Positions 41,616 to 55,880 are shown, numbered from the stretch's first letter. The stretch is DNA of 64,000 nucleotides from Octopus vulgaris (GCA_951406725.2 OX597823.1:79856001-79920000); one strand, 5' to 3'. Notes: generated by a model from the sequence alone, not told the origin. Translations and numbers: made by a program.

Positions 41616-42635
41616 AACTAATCTTTCTCTTTTATAGACAGAAATTGGGATTCGAGAAAAAAAAAATCTGAACCCGAGACTTGAAACGAGATTTAATTTT
41701 TAAAAAATTGGATTCCGTTTATGCATTAGAATTTTAATTTCCATTTTTACCAAAAAAAACAAAAAAAAAAAAACAATTTGAATTAAAAGAAAAAAAAAAC
41801 ATTTCCATTTTAGTTCTTTATTTCTCTTTCTTAGAATTTTGGTTTATGGAAATTTATTAATGGCGTACTGTGTAATCGACTTACTCTTTTGCCAAAACTT
41901 AAGAACCATTAGGTGAGTTGGCACAATTAAACCTTCCTTGGATTTTCATGAATGAGAGACATATCTTTTCTTTGGAACTACGCTGATTTATTTTTGTTTT
42001 TCTTTATATATTTTTCTTGAGACCTCGGATTCCCAAATTGTGTTCATAAATTAGGAACTACGTATAATAATAATGTTATATTAAGGAAACATATTTCATA
42101 ATAATTCCCAGAGTGAATATTATATTACACTTAAAGCATACACGCTTATATGTGTGCGTGTATGTATGTATGCATGTACGTACGTATGCATGTATTTATG
42201 ACTAGGCATCCTTTTTTTACTATTCCCTATCCACCTATGAACTCCCTATCTACTATAAATATGTGTACGTGTGCACGTGTGTGTGTGTGTCTGTGTCTGT
42301 GTGTGCGTACCCTCACGCATATGTATGTGTGCCTGCGCGCGTATGTGCGTGAAAGAGAAAGTGGGTGTAAAGAGAGGGGGGTAAAGAGAAAGTATGCGTG
42401 TGTATGATGTGTGTGACTGTGTGCGTGTCCATGTCTGTGTGTGTGTGTGTGTGTGTGTGCTCATTTATGTATGCGTGCGTGTGTGTTATACATAGGAATG
42501 GCACTGGAATGACCAATTGACTAGGAATTGCACTTAGTAGTCGTTGTCTGTGGTCGATGTTATTAAATGGCAGCGTGTGTAAATACATTTCTCTCGGTTA
42601 TCCCGGTCTACTTATCAATTATAACTGCACTGATG

Positions 42636-43295
42636 AAGGCAGCGAGCTGGCAGAAACGTTAGCACGCCGGGCGAAATGCGTAGCCGTATTTCGTCTGCCG
42701 CTACGTTCTGAGTTCAAATTCCGCCGAGGTCGACTTTGCCTTTCATCCTTTCGGGGTCGATAAATTAAGTATCAGTTACGCACTGGGGTCGATATAATCG
42801 ACTTAATTCGTTTGTCTGTCCTTGTTTGTCCCCTCTGTGTTTAGCCCCTTGTGGGTAGTAAAGAAATATGTATTTCGTCTGTCTTTACATTCTGAGTTCA
42901 AATTCTGCCGACGTCGACCTTGCCTTTCATCCTTTTGGGGGTCGATAAATTAAGTGCCAGTTACGCACTGAGGTCGATGTAATCGACTTAATCCCTTTGC
43001 CCGTCCTTGTTTGTCCCCTCTATGTTTATCCCCTCTATGTTTATCCCCTTGTGGGCAATAAAGAAATAAGAATCGTTAGCACGCCGGGCGAAATGCTTAG
43101 CGGCATTTCATTCATCTTTACGTTCTGAGTTCCAAATTCCGTCGAGGTCGACTTCGCCTTTCATCCTTTCAGTGTCGATAAAATAACACCAGTTAGGCAC
43201 TGGGATCGATAAAATAAGAACCACTTGAGCACTTGGATCGATATAATCGACTTACATACTCCTCGAAAAATTGCTGCCCTTATTCTAAAATATGA
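42636..43295 (+). mobile_element. SINE family B trimer
   Basis: Junctions at ~42868 and ~43068; last unit has old-type tail. Confidence 0.9.
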
Positions 43296-43595
43296 AATCA
43301 ATATGATTGCACTGACGGAAACTGTGTGGAAGACCTGTAATTCAAAGGGCGCTAAGACAATAACCAAAATGATCGTACACAACTTTGAATGCCTTAGGAT
43401 ACTTAGAATCACCGTTTTATGATCTGAGATCGAACTCTGTCTTTTTTTCGCTGATGGAAAAGGTGCATTGAAAGAGTTAGGTGAATTGGAATTGGAAAAC
43501 GTAGAAAAATGTTTGTTGTTTTGTGAATAGAAACACACATTTATATAGGGTTATCATAAATTCAATCGTCTCTTTTCAATATTATTTGAATTAAG

Positions 43596-43652
<57 letters not shown>

Positions 43653-44007
43653 TAATGTTTTATTTTCTGAGATTTATCATTGTTTGATTTCACTTTTTCA
43701 ATATCAGTGTCAATCGATACTGGAAAAAGTATATTTATTTGTGAAGGGAACCAACTTCTCATCGACAACTATGATTGTCACACGCCGATGACGGGTCAAT
43801 ACCCTGAAACTCGAGTCCGTGTGTATCATAAGTTGAAGACGGGAAGGATGGCTTCCCTTTGCAAATACTGATAGGGCACAGAAAGTGTGTCCTATAGCCA
43901 GCTGGAGGAGGTGTCCTCCTGGGGCTACAAACTACAGTAGCATTCACCCTTAGGGGTTAGCCATATTCAAATAGCAAATAAACGTCACGATATTTTGTTC
44001 TTTGTTC

Positions 44008-44070
<63 letters not shown>

Positions 44071-44194
44071 GCTCTAGTTTTCCTCGCCAGCTTTTGTTTA
44101 TCGGTTTTGAAGTTTCAATTAATTTCACCTCTTTTCAGACATATGATGATGGAATGCCAAGGCAAAAAAAAAAAAAATAATAATAAATAAGCAT

Positions 44195-44550
44195 TTTCGA
44201 CAACGCTCACCCCAACGTCGCTAATTTACCCAAAAATGCTACCCAAAAGCTCAGTTGGGAAGTTCTTCCGTAACAACTGTATCCTCTTGGTATAACGCTT
44301 TCAGATTTCCATCTTTTCGATCGTTTTCCAACAGCTAAGGTGTTTCGTTCAACAAGTACGAGCAGCTAAAACGTGGCTCGACAAATTCTTCGAATCAAAT
44401 CCTGGTGTTTCTGTCACCAACGAATTAACAAACTAGCGGGAGTTGACAAGAAATCGTAAACGATGAAAGTGAATATATCACTGACAAATTTGCTGATGAA
44501 AAATAACGATTAAAATAAATGGAATCGAAATAATCTATTTGATTACGCAA
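44195..44550 (+). pseudogene. Mariner transposase 3' fragment
   Basis: DNAHPNVA..QKLSWEVLP*QLYPLGITLSDFHLF corresponds to HDNARPH..WEVLPHPPYSPDLAPSDFHLF. Confidence 0.8.
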
Positions 44551-45202
44551 TGTGAAATGATATCTAAAATGAAAGCATCCATCACCTTAGTATTTTCCCC
44601 AGCCACTAGCGAAAACATATAACAGGATTAATACTTTAGGAATAAATTTCCTGGGGATAATTTCAAATGTTATCTAAATCTTGAAACTGGATCCAACAGT
44701 TAAGGCACGTGTCACTTTGACTACTGCGTAAGTAACGTGCAGAGAAGGGCCTACTTATTAAAGATTCAATATCAACTAGGTTAATAGATTTTACATCGGG
44801 TTCTATAAACCAAAACATGTGTACGAATGGGTAGACATTATGGTATTTAGAACGCGTAAAAATATAAAGAAATAACATGTAAACACACCAAACGAACAGA
44901 TATACAAAATCAAGTGCTTATATTCAGACACAGATGCGCATACGCCCGAACACACGTACAGGCACACACTCGCAGACATGCGTGCTCACACACATATTGA
45001 TTTTTTTGTTTTTGTATATGAAAAAGCGCAACCTATATAGGCGTGAGATAAGCTCGTTTGAATTGTTCCCTGTCTATTAAGCATATAAAAGTACCCAACC
45101 AGACGAGCTAAAACATTTTGTCTAACCTTGACCTGTTTCAGCAATATCCATTTCCTTGTCTCTCTCTTGTTTACTGTCATCCTCTCTCCCTCTTTGTCTC
45201 AG

Positions 45203-45266
<64 letters not shown>

Positions 45267-45275
45267 AATATATAC

Positions 45276-45318
<43 letters not shown>

Positions 45319-45353
45319 AATATTTACATATATATACATATATACATATGTGC

Positions 45354-45391
<38 letters not shown>

Positions 45392-45576
45392 ATGTGTGTG
45401 CATATATGTATATGCATGGTGTTCATACACACACAAAGTCTGATATGTAATATAAAGAATCGAAATAACTTCTAGTTAGAGGTAAAACTCATTTACCATA
45501 TTTACTATTACCGTCTGTGACCATATATATGTGTGTGTGTGTTTGAACATATGTATGCATGCACACACATATATAC

Positions 45577-45808
<232 letters not shown>

Positions 45809-45834
45809 ATACATATATATGTATATATGTAAAA

Positions 45835-46015
45835 AAATACAAACCGGGACAAGAACGTAAAACATTTAGAAGACGATACAAAAAACACAGACGGGACATT
45901 CGAAGCCTTCGATCTTCAGTCAAGAACCGGATCATCCTCGCAATTTCGGCTGATTAATCTTGAGATTGCTCCGACCTGGCCAGCCCCAAAGGAAAATCTA
46001 AGCCAAGCGCATTGT
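45835..46015. repeat. Short insert in (TA)n, possibly a Penelope-like terminal fragment
   Basis: ~180-bp complex sequence between TA runs; minus strand holds GAAATTGC and CTGAAGA but no convincing hammerhead fold. Confidence 0.3.
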
Positions 46016-46031
46016 ATACATTATATGTATA

Positions 46032-46071
<40 letters not shown>

Positions 46072-47074
46072 TAACAGTAGCATTTCTAGCTCTATTAAAG
46101 GGTGAAGAATTTCTCCTCTTCAGCAACTGAATGAAATGATAGTAGTAATGACATAGCTTTCGCGCGCTTTTTGTATGTCGCAAAGGATCGTGGGAATACG
46201 ATTACAAACTGATAAAGGCATCGTCAGCAGATTTATACTCGTTTGACAGTTAACGCCTGATAAATGCCATGGTTTACTTTACGTGCGCTGTATCATTAAA
46301 AAAAACTCATAAGACATATCACAATATATATCCTACTTAACTACAAACACATAATCGCAATATATTATTAACATACAACAAATAATATCTCCCTTGTCCT
46401 GAAACCGCAAACATGTAAGTCAAAGATCGTTCTTAAGATAACCAACGTATTATATAATGTAAATACAAAGGCCGAAATCTTTATAATTCTGTTACATTGA
46501 AAGCAAAAATTTGACACATTCTTTTCGGTTTACTATGCATTTTCAGTAAGGAACCATTGCTTCTTACTGAAATATAATACTGAAATATATAAGAAGCCCT
46601 TGCTCCTTACTGAATATAATACATGAAAGAAAATAAGAACACTATTTTATAGTGCTTACATTGTATATTGAATTCTAAAAGTATACGATTTATCTATGGA
46701 CACTTTATGAATAATAATATGTAATCTAAATATCATTTCAGCGATACAATATGTGAGATATAACCGATAAAGTTTACAAGGGGTTAACCTTCCAACAATT
46801 TTACATGCGACGTTAATGATTTTTACCAGTTACAACAATGGTCCCAAGACCCTTTGCGGACTGCAGGAAACTGCTCAAAGAACACGCCATTACCAGTTAC
46901 TTGAGATCTTGAAGTCGAAAGTATCTTGATACACACCAAAGAACGCAATTATTCTAAATTAAACATAAAAGAACTAATGATTAAATAGAAACACATTTGT
47001 GCCTTAAAAGATGTTATAAAAGATATCTTGTAAAAATTGGGTTGAAAAACGCATTTGACTAGAAAAATTTGAAG

Positions 47075-47146
47075 GCTACCCGTAGGGATCGAACCCAAAT
47101 CCCCTGTTGGCAAGGCAGGCAGTCTACCATTGTACCAAAGTATTGC
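47075..47146 (-). pseudogene. tRNA-like pseudogene (Gly/Ala-like)
   Basis: TGGTACAATGGTAGA D-arm, cctg/cagg anticodon stem around TTGCC, GGGTTCGATCCC T-arm; acceptor stem mismatched. Confidence 0.65.
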
Positions 47147-47410
47147 TTCATATTTCTTTACCCATTTTAAAATTTTCATTCTTAACAGCGGGAATTGTAT
47201 GTTGTTAGCCTCTTACAAATTTTATAAAAATTTCAACAGAACGTGGAATACTGCTTTATTGGAATTGGTTCCCGAAGCACATATCATGCTATAAATAATG
47301 GCATGTAAATGGTTAAGAGCAGAACTAGTCAGTCCTTCAGTATTTTTATAATCGATCGAAATGGAAACTAGTCTCGAATGCTTATAAAATTCGTATAATG
47401 TCAGTAATAT

Positions 47411-47453
<43 letters not shown>

Positions 47454-47470
47454 TGTGTGTGTGTGTGTAC

Positions 47471-47872
47471 GGCGACGAGCTGGCAGAAGCGTTAGCACGC
47501 TGGGCGAAATGCCTAGCGGTATTTTGTCTGCCGTAACGTTCTGAGTTCAAATTCTGCCGAGATCGACTTTGCCTTTCATCCTTTCGTGATCGATTAAATA
47601 AGTACCAGTTACGCACTGGGGTCGATATAATCGACTTAATCCGTTTGTCTGTCCTTGTTTGTCCTCTCTGTGTTTAGCCCCTTGTGGGTAGTAAAGAAAT
47701 AGGTATTTCGTCTGTCTTTACGTTCTGAGTTCGAATTCCGCCGAGGTGGACTTTGCTTTTCATCCTTTCGGGGTTGATAAATTAAGTACCAGTTATGTAC
47801 TAGTGTCGATCTAACCAACTGGCTCCCCCTTCCCCAAAATTTCAGGTCTTGTGTCTAGGGTAGAAAATATTA
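47471..47872 (+). mobile_element. SINE B dimer (young unit plus old-tail unit)
   Basis: Junction aaagaaata|ggtatttcg at 47701. Confidence 0.92.
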
Positions 47873-48591
47873 TGCACGCGTGTGTGTGTATGGATATGCG
47901 TACATGTGTGTGTGTGTGAGTGTGTATGTGTGCATGTATGAATATGCGTACGTGTGTGTGTGTGTGGTAGGAGTAAATCTGTTCAGGGATCTCAACCATA
48001 GCAGCTGCCGTAGGTTGTTTGATGTTTCACATTGCGGTTAAACTTATTTGTGTATTCCGGCTTATGCTTGCAAACCACTTGGGCGTATATATGTTATTAT
48101 TTTAAGATAAACATCAGCAAAAGAAGATCTGCATAACATGTAGACCGTGACGATAAGGGAGATCAACTTCGATCTGCTACGGTTTTTCTATTTCCACCTG
48201 TCGCTTAATATGTCCCATTTTCTGAGTACCATGTGGCAGAATCGGGGCCATTTCAGGTTATATAGTTAACAGAAGGAAGTGGGATAGGTTTTGCATAAAC
48301 TTATTCCAGCAATCTTTATAGAGATTGTTCTATATGAACACTTCCTTGTTTTTACTCAAAGTTCTGTGACAATGATGTCATGACCCGTCTACGAGTTAAA
48401 TATGTTGATGGAGGAATCTATATCGGAATACGCTCAAAGACATTTTAGACGGGAAAATTCATCATGAGTGTGTATGTATATGTGTGTGAATGTATATATA
48501 CTGTGTGTGTGTGTGTGTATGTTTGTGTGTGTTTGTGTGAGTGTGCGTGCTTGTGTGGATATGTCTGTGTGCGTGTCTGAGTGTGTGTACG

Positions 48592-48648
<57 letters not shown>

Positions 48649-48944
48649 CTGTATATTTGTATATGTGTAATGTGTATGTGTTGCAGACGATAGTCATACA
48701 TCTGAAAGTCTTTGATTCGTCTTAAGTAATTCATTGAGGACCTTAGAATAGTTTTGCTTAACGTTTGTACGAATTAAGACGTACTCTAAATAGGTACGCA
48801 TATGTATATGACCTTACATACCATGCACTTGGTTCTCTGTAGGATTTTTAATAATTTTAATAATTTTGATAATTTCATCAATTCTGAGACCTTAAATAAA
48901 CGTCTTAAAAGTACCAGCTTGTAATCAAAGCAGGTTCTCATGTC

Positions 48945-49098
48945 GGCGTGTCTATGTCCCCGTAGCTTAGCGGGTCGGCAAAAGACATCCGATAAAATAA
49001 GTACTAGGCTTACAAAGAATGAATCCTGGGGGTCGATTTGATTCGACTAAAGGCGGTGCTCCAGCATGGCCGCAGTCAAATGACTGAAACAAGTAAAA
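48945..49098 (+). mobile_element. SINE family A, 3' fragment
   Basis: Tail match. Confidence 0.85.
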
Positions 49099-49132
49099 GC
49101 ATACACACACACATACATACACACATATATAT

Positions 49133-49172
<40 letters not shown>

Positions 49173-49748
49173 GGATAGATAGATAGACTGATAGATAGAT
49201 GAACAGATAGATAAATATGCTCGCAAAGTACATGCTGTGTACTGGGTCGTTTGCAGATTGTAGAAACTCTAGAGCTGCATATTAAATGTCCCGCACCAGT
49301 TTATTTTTCAGAACAAACTTACATGAAGTCATTAGCTATTGCATCCGTATCTAACGTTCATTTATATAACATTGCCACTAAATGCATGCATCAATACTCA
49401 GATACAAAAATGCGTATGTTTGGGTGAGGAGAGAAAATATAGATGCTCATGACACAGATACACCAGAAGAGATGAGTCTCCTGTTACAGGCAAGATATTT
49501 AGAGAACAAGATAAGATGAAATAAAACATAATGTTGTGAAGAAGTATTATCTGGTATAAACTGATCATGCCGTCACACAGGACTCGGGTCAAATTGACAT
49601 TCTCAGGCAGATGTGTAGATACTACACTATTTTTAAGTATGAGGATAAGACAAATTGGTTACTGCTCCTTACTATATTATTCTAATCTCTATATGTGTAT
49701 ACACCTCAATCCCTGGATCTTACACCACACACACAGACACACATATAC

Positions 49749-49803
<55 letters not shown>

Positions 49804-49805
<2 letters not shown>

Positions 49806-50154
49806 AAAACCACTATTATGCAACTCAAACAGTGATCGACATAAACCAATACGTAAATAACAAATAATATATATTTTTATAAAACATATAACTAGACCTC
49901 AAAAAGTATAAAAATGAATGATCAATATATAATATAATACTTATTACTGATTATATTATATATTGATCATTTATTTTTATACTTTTTGAGATCTTGTCAT
50001 AAGTTATATATGTATTGGTTGATGTCTATCACTGTTTGAATTGCATAATAGTGGTTTTATCTCTAATTTATATTTTAAATATTTATATTGTGAAATTTGA
50101 TTTAATACTGAATTGAATTTTTCCCTGTAAGTTTGGAGTTATACTCCCTAATAT

Positions 50155-50155
<1 letters not shown>
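49804..50155 (+). mobile_element. Fold-back element in (TA)n, second family
   Basis: Inverted arms across 49804-50060 with ~11-nt loop, plus ~95-bp tail shared with 5090-5170. Confidence 0.72.
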
Positions 50156-50182
<27 letters not shown>

Positions 50183-50185
<3 letters not shown>

Positions 50186-50630
50186 AAGATCCAGGAATTG
50201 AGGTGTAGGAAAAAAGTTAGTTTCCAGCAATCCGTGGTAAATATAAAAAAAACAACAACTTTCAAGGACAATAGTGGTTTATTGAGACGGAAGGTTGTGG
50301 ATTTTTATCGTATCGAAGTACGATAAACTGAAAAAATTTCTTCTTATATTTTACTGTAGGAGGCAAGGTTTCTGGGTGTGCGAATAAGAATACAAGAATT
50401 ACGGAATGGAGTAGATGAGATCCTGGCTACATACGTTTCTTAGCGAGCGGAATCTCATAAGTGGTAAATATCCAAGCGAGGTGTATATCGCAGGTAACTC
50501 ATCAGACCAAGGATATCTTGATTAAATGGAAGTTTACTTCGCTGCTGTCATGTAAACCTTCATTTAATCAAGATTTCCTTGGCCTGCAGAGTAGCATGCT
50601 GTATACGCCTCACCTGAATATTTACCACTT
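50183..50630 (-). mobile_element. Fold-back element with hammerhead ribozyme
   Basis: Hairpin 50459-50630 (~79-bp arms) overlapping a minus-strand hammerhead; terminus cctcaattcctggatcttacac also at ~49704-49724(+). Confidence 0.65.
50420..50514 (-). ncRNA. Type I hammerhead ribozyme with long stem/loop II, partly decayed
   Basis: Minus strand: stem I atccttggt/gccaggat; CTGATGA (50505-50499); GAAAC (50439-50435); near-palindromic ACGTATGT; GTA triplet. Confidence 0.68.
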
Positions 50631-50834
50631 CTGATCGATCGATAGATAGATAGATAAAGAGAGAAAGAGATATTGGTTACCAATAAATTATATTACCCTA
50701 TTAAGGGTCCGATGTGTGTAAGTGAAACAGAGGCAGTTGAAGAATAAAATATATCATGAAACGAATGTGTTGTGAGTTCTAATACCGCTAGCTTTGTTAT
50801 TGGATTTCTTCATATAGAGGTACAATAGAGAGGG

Positions 50835-50960
50835 AGGAGGAGGAGGAGGAAGAAGAAGAAGAAGACGAAGAAGAAGAAGAAGAAGAAGAAGAAGAAGAAG
50901 AAGAAGAAGAAGAAGAAGAAGAAGAAGAAGAAGAAGAAGAAGAAGAAGAAGAAGAAGAAG
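50835..50960. repeat. (GAA)n microsatellite
   Basis: Direct reading. Confidence 0.96.
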
Positions 50961-51261
50961 ATGGATCTACAGTCAGAGGAATTGCGGTTTGAAAATAAGA
51001 GCAGAAGAATTGGTGAGGTAAAGAAAAAAAAAAAGAGACAAAAATAAACGTTAGAAATAAAATATACAAAAGAGCCAAAACTGATGCTGCCGAGAAGAAA
51101 GTCTAAAAGAAATTATTGGTTTAGTTCCGTGTGGTGAATACAGATTTTCTATTTTGTTTATACAACAAGAATAATTAGGCAAAATTCTAGTAAGAACATT
51201 CGTTCAAAAGTGTTCAACTTATCGAAATGTCAACAGAACATTCGACATGTGTCTCTGTGGG

Positions 51262-51386
<125 letters not shown>

Positions 51387-51549
51387 CATATATATATACA
51401 TATATATACATATATATATATACATATACATATATACATATATATATACATATACATATATACATATATATATATACATGCATTATATATATATATAAAC
51501 ATACATATCTATATATATATATATATACATATATAAATATATACATACA

Positions 51550-51615
<66 letters not shown>

Positions 51616-51939
51616 TACTCACATATATATGCAAATATGTATATGCACAGTGATACACACACACATAGGTATGCATATATATACTTACATGTATACACGT
51701 ATATGTGCATAAATATAGGCATATAAATGCAGGAATGTAAATATGTATGTATATATATGTACATTTATGCTTATATATGCATGTATTTATGTTTATATAT
51801 AAGTAAATATATAGGAATGCACACATGTATCACATGTATAAATGCTTATGTAAACAAATGTAGCCGTGAGAGTGTATATATAATATATATATATATATAA
51901 ATATATATATACATATATATATATATAAAATATATATAT

Positions 51940-51973
<34 letters not shown>

Positions 51974-52248
51974 TATGCACACACATATATGCATATGCAC
52001 ACACAGAGAAAAACGCAGGCAAGCATACATATTACGCGAGTGCATATGAATGTGTGTGTGCTCGCGTGTTGGAACATGCATTTAGATTGCCTCGCAAGTA
52101 CACGCGTTCGTATTTGTTGATATTTCGAATATGTAAGTAAACGTACGTATGAATACATGAATGATACCCGTATACATAGGCATGTACATGTATGTGCCAA
52201 TGTGCGTGCATACGTGTGCATATGTTTGTGTCTGTCTGTATATATATA

Positions 52249-52283
<35 letters not shown>

Positions 52284-53094
52284 TTATATATATATAAACA
52301 TATGCACACATATATAAACTTATATATGTAAATGTAAACATATATGTGTGTGTGTGTGTGTGAGTATATGTATATCGTATGCATAGCTGTGGATGTTTGT
52401 GTCTGAGTAGATATGTACATATATATATATATAGATATATAGATATATGTAGCGTGTCTTTGTTTATACATGGTTACTTATAATGTTTTTTATAGACTAA
52501 AAGCACATTCCTAGACAGTTTTTGTAACTTAAAACATCATCGAGTATTTGGGTTGTTCATGTTTTTCTTTTTCTTTTCCCTTGTTTGCATCCGTTAGTGA
52601 GTGCGTGTGTGTGTGTCAACGTCTATCAGTGCATGCATGTATGCATATATATATATATATGTGTGTGTCTGTGTTTATGCATTCATATATGCGCATTCTT
52701 AGGGTTGACGTAAGTGTATATGTGTATATGTATGATTCTATGCATTTCTTGGGAATTGTTTGAGATTTAATCTTCTTGTCTTCATGGTTTTACATTTTCT
52801 GTAAAAGTGCATTCAGAGCTTCAGGAATTTATTCGTTTCATCAATTGTCGCACGTTTGGAATTCTCTGATACGCGTCATTGTTATCTAACCCCTCTACAC
52901 GTCAACAGGGGTGCCTCTACTCAGCCCCTCAACCTGCTTAGAAAAGCAGTGATATCTTCCTCAAAGGACGCCCTTCCGTCTTAGAAAAAGGAGGAAAAGC
53001 GAAAAAACAGGCATTACACAAATAATGTCCCACGACATCATTGCCTTCAATTCCTGGGACACATAGGGCTAGTTACACGGTCTCCAAGGCCGTA

Positions 53095-53265
53095 TAAGGG
53101 ACCAAGATCCGTCGTAGGGTTACTAATTTAAAGCTGAGTGAACTGGAGTAACGTGAAATGAAATGTTTTACCCAAGAACTAAGCGCATGGCCCGATATAG
53201 GAAACGAAACCTTAATCTTGCCATTGTGTGTGCGGCACTATAACAATTAGGTCACGCACCTTCAC
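53095..53265 (-). mobile_element. SINE family E, diverged
   Basis: gctgagtgaactggagtaacgtgaaatgaaatgtttt matches the 22375-22420 body. Confidence 0.7.
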
Positions 53266-53354
53266 TCCATTACACAGACATAATCTTATATATCCGCCCC
53301 ACTCAAAAGAAAAAAAGCTTGATAGTTGTGGATGGAGAGCCTATGTTTATTGGT

Positions 53355-53566
53355 CGGCGAGCTGGCAGAATCGTTAGCACACCGGGCGAAATGCTTAGCG
53401 GTATTTCGTCTGCCGTTACGTTCTGAGTTCAAATTCCACCGAGGTCGACTTTGTCTTTCATCCTTTCGGCGTCGATAAATTAAGTACCAGTTACGCACTG
53501 GGGTCGATGTAATCGACTTAATACCTATGTCTGTCCTTGTTTGTCTTTGTGGGTAATAAAGAAATA
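53355..53566 (+). mobile_element. SINE family B monomer
   Basis: Head, core, young tail; TSD tatgtt(t/c)attggtcg. Confidence 0.92.
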
Positions 53567-54194
53567 TATATGTTCATTGGTCGACTTGATCAAAGCAGAC
53601 CTTGATCTAAATAGTTTCTTACCTAACTACAAGACCAATAAATTTTGAAGGAATGACACTAATCGATATCATCTATCTCGATACTTGATTGGTACTTTAG
53701 TCAATTGATACGCGATACGATGGCAGATAAATTTGACCTCGGCGGGATCTAATTCTGATAGTAAATAGCTGGAAGAAATATCGAACGGCATTTTCCCGCC
53801 GTTTTGCTGATTCTACCGCTTGTTGCGTCAGACCTAGGGTTAAATAACAGCACTAACCTACTCTTATAATCATTTCTTACTACCCCAATTCCATCTCTCT
53901 ATGTATTCCTATTTCATTCATTATTATCTGTGTTTTTGCGTTTTGATTTCTTTTTTGAGTTTCTCACATTTCACTTTTTTGCACTTTTAAATTTTACATT
54001 TCTACATTCTTATTGCAGAGGCAGCCCTTTACTTTGAGATGATATGTGCAGAAAACAGCAACAAAACCTCTCATAAATTGTGTCCTTGTATCTTGAATAA
54101 ATAAACAAATTTAAAGAAAAGGTTGCATTTGATAATGAAGTCATAGATACAGCCATACCAAAATAGATAGAGCAGGAGGAAGGGGGGGAGAAAA

Positions 54195-54452
54195 GAAGGA
54201 GGAGGAGGCGGAGAAGAAGAAGAAGAAGAAGAAGAAGAAGAAGAAGAAGAAGGAGAAGAAGAAGAAGAAGAAGAAGAAGAAGAAGAAGAAGAAGAAGAAG
54301 AAGAGAGAAACGAGAAGTGGTAAAGAAGAAGAGGAAGAAGGAGAAGGAGAAGGAGAAGAAGAAGAAGAAGAAGAAGAAGAAAGAGAGAAACAAGAAGTGA
54401 GAAAGAAGAAGAGGAAGAAGGAGAAGAAGAAGAAGAAGAAGAAGAAGAAGAA

Positions 54453-54485
<33 letters not shown>

Positions 54486-54597
54486 AAAGAAGAAGAAGAA
54501 GAGGAAGAAGAAGAAGAGAAGAAGAAGAAGAAGAAGAAGAAGAAGAAGAAGAAGAAGAAGAAGAAGAAGAAGAAGAAGAAGAAGAAGAAGAAGAAGA
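54195..54597. repeat. Compound (GAA)n/(GAAA)n polypurine tract
   Basis: Direct reading. Confidence 0.95.
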
Positions 54598-54977
54598 TCT
54601 CAGAGAATGACAAAGCACCCGTACAGCAATGAATTCAGACTGAGAAATGGAGTATCAGAGTATCAGTGACAAAATATTGTTATCAAAGACATTGAAATAA
54701 ATAAATGCCTCCTGATCGAGATATCAAACCCAGTAAATGATATTGTATCTTTAAAAGAAACGAAGAAATAATCCCAATATAAACAGGGATACACCGAATG
54801 TAGAATCTGAGAATAGTTAGAAACCCTATAACAATAGTTGCTTTGAAAATTATAATAAAGAATACAGACAAATACCTAACAAAAACCCCGGGCTTACAAA
54901 TGTACAGTGTATACTGAAATAGCACTGAAAGGCACAATACACAACACACAACACACACACAAACATACACACACACA

Positions 54978-55021
<44 letters not shown>

Positions 55022-55145
55022 GTACATAACATACATTCAGTACAGTATAATATCAAAACCAAAACAATACACTATACATACTAAAAGTACAAGGGCAGGC
55101 ATGCGGTGAGGAAGTGGGAAAAAACGCAATAGAAAAAAAGATTTC

Positions 55146-55197
<52 letters not shown>

Positions 55198-55214
55198 TAA
55201 TAATAATTCTCGTT

Positions 55215-55420
55215 ATTATTTCTACTCTAGGCAGAAGGCCTTGAAAATTTTAGTGGGGAAAGTAGCTAGTCGATTACATCATTCCCAGTGCGTAAAAGGT
55301 ATTTATTTTATCGACCCCGAAAGGATGAAAGGCAAAGACGACGTCGGCGGAATTTGAAATCGGAACGTTAGCAGCAGACGAAATACCGCTAAGCATAATG
55401 GTTCTACCAGCTCGCCGTCC
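55215..55420 (-). mobile_element. SINE family B, old tail
   Basis: Core tcgaccccgaaaggatgaaaggcaaag; in (AAT)n. Confidence 0.82.
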
Positions 55421-55446
55421 TAATAATAATAATAATAATAATAATA

Positions 55447-55482
<36 letters not shown>

Positions 55483-55597
55483 TGATGATGAGAAGAAGAA
55501 GAAGGAGGGGGAGAAGAAGAAGAAGAAGAAGAAGAAGAAGAAGAAGAAGAAGAAGAAGAAGAAGAAGAAGAAGAAGAAGAAGAAGAAGAAGAAGAAG

Positions 55598-55811
55598 AAT
55601 CCTTTCTATTATAGGTACAGGGCCTGAAATTTCGGGAGATGGGGTAGTTGATTACATCGACCCCAGTGCGTATCTGGAACTTATTTCATTGACCCCGAAA
55701 GGATGAAAGTCAAAATGAACCTCGGCAGTCTTGGAACTCAGAACGTAAAGACAGACGAAATGCCATTGAGCATTTTCCCGTCGTACCAACGATTCTGCCA
55801 GCTCACTGCCA
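55598..55811 (-). mobile_element. SINE family B, old tail
   Basis: Core and tail match 17805-17992. Confidence 0.82.
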
Positions 55812-55824
55812 TAATAATAATAAC

Positions 55825-55876
<52 letters not shown>

Positions 55877-55880
55877 GAAC

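Noticed and set aside
42636-43295. CRISPR-like or satellite array
   Set aside because: Units are SINE bodies with no unique spacers; eukaryotic context, no cas genes
43860-43935. HDV-like ribozyme on minus strand (cctcctccagctggc)
   Set aside because: No P2 or J4/2; simple nested hairpins explain the pairing
45890-45960. Minus-strand CTGAAGA and GAAATTGC as a hammerhead
   Set aside because: Helices I and II cannot be closed properly
46150-46235. Minus-strand CTGACGA-tgc...gc-GAAAGCTA
   Set aside because: Core plausible but stem I is only two G.U pairs and there is no fold-back context
47075-47146. Functional tRNA gene
   Set aside because: Acceptor and anticodon stems mismatched; kept as pseudogene
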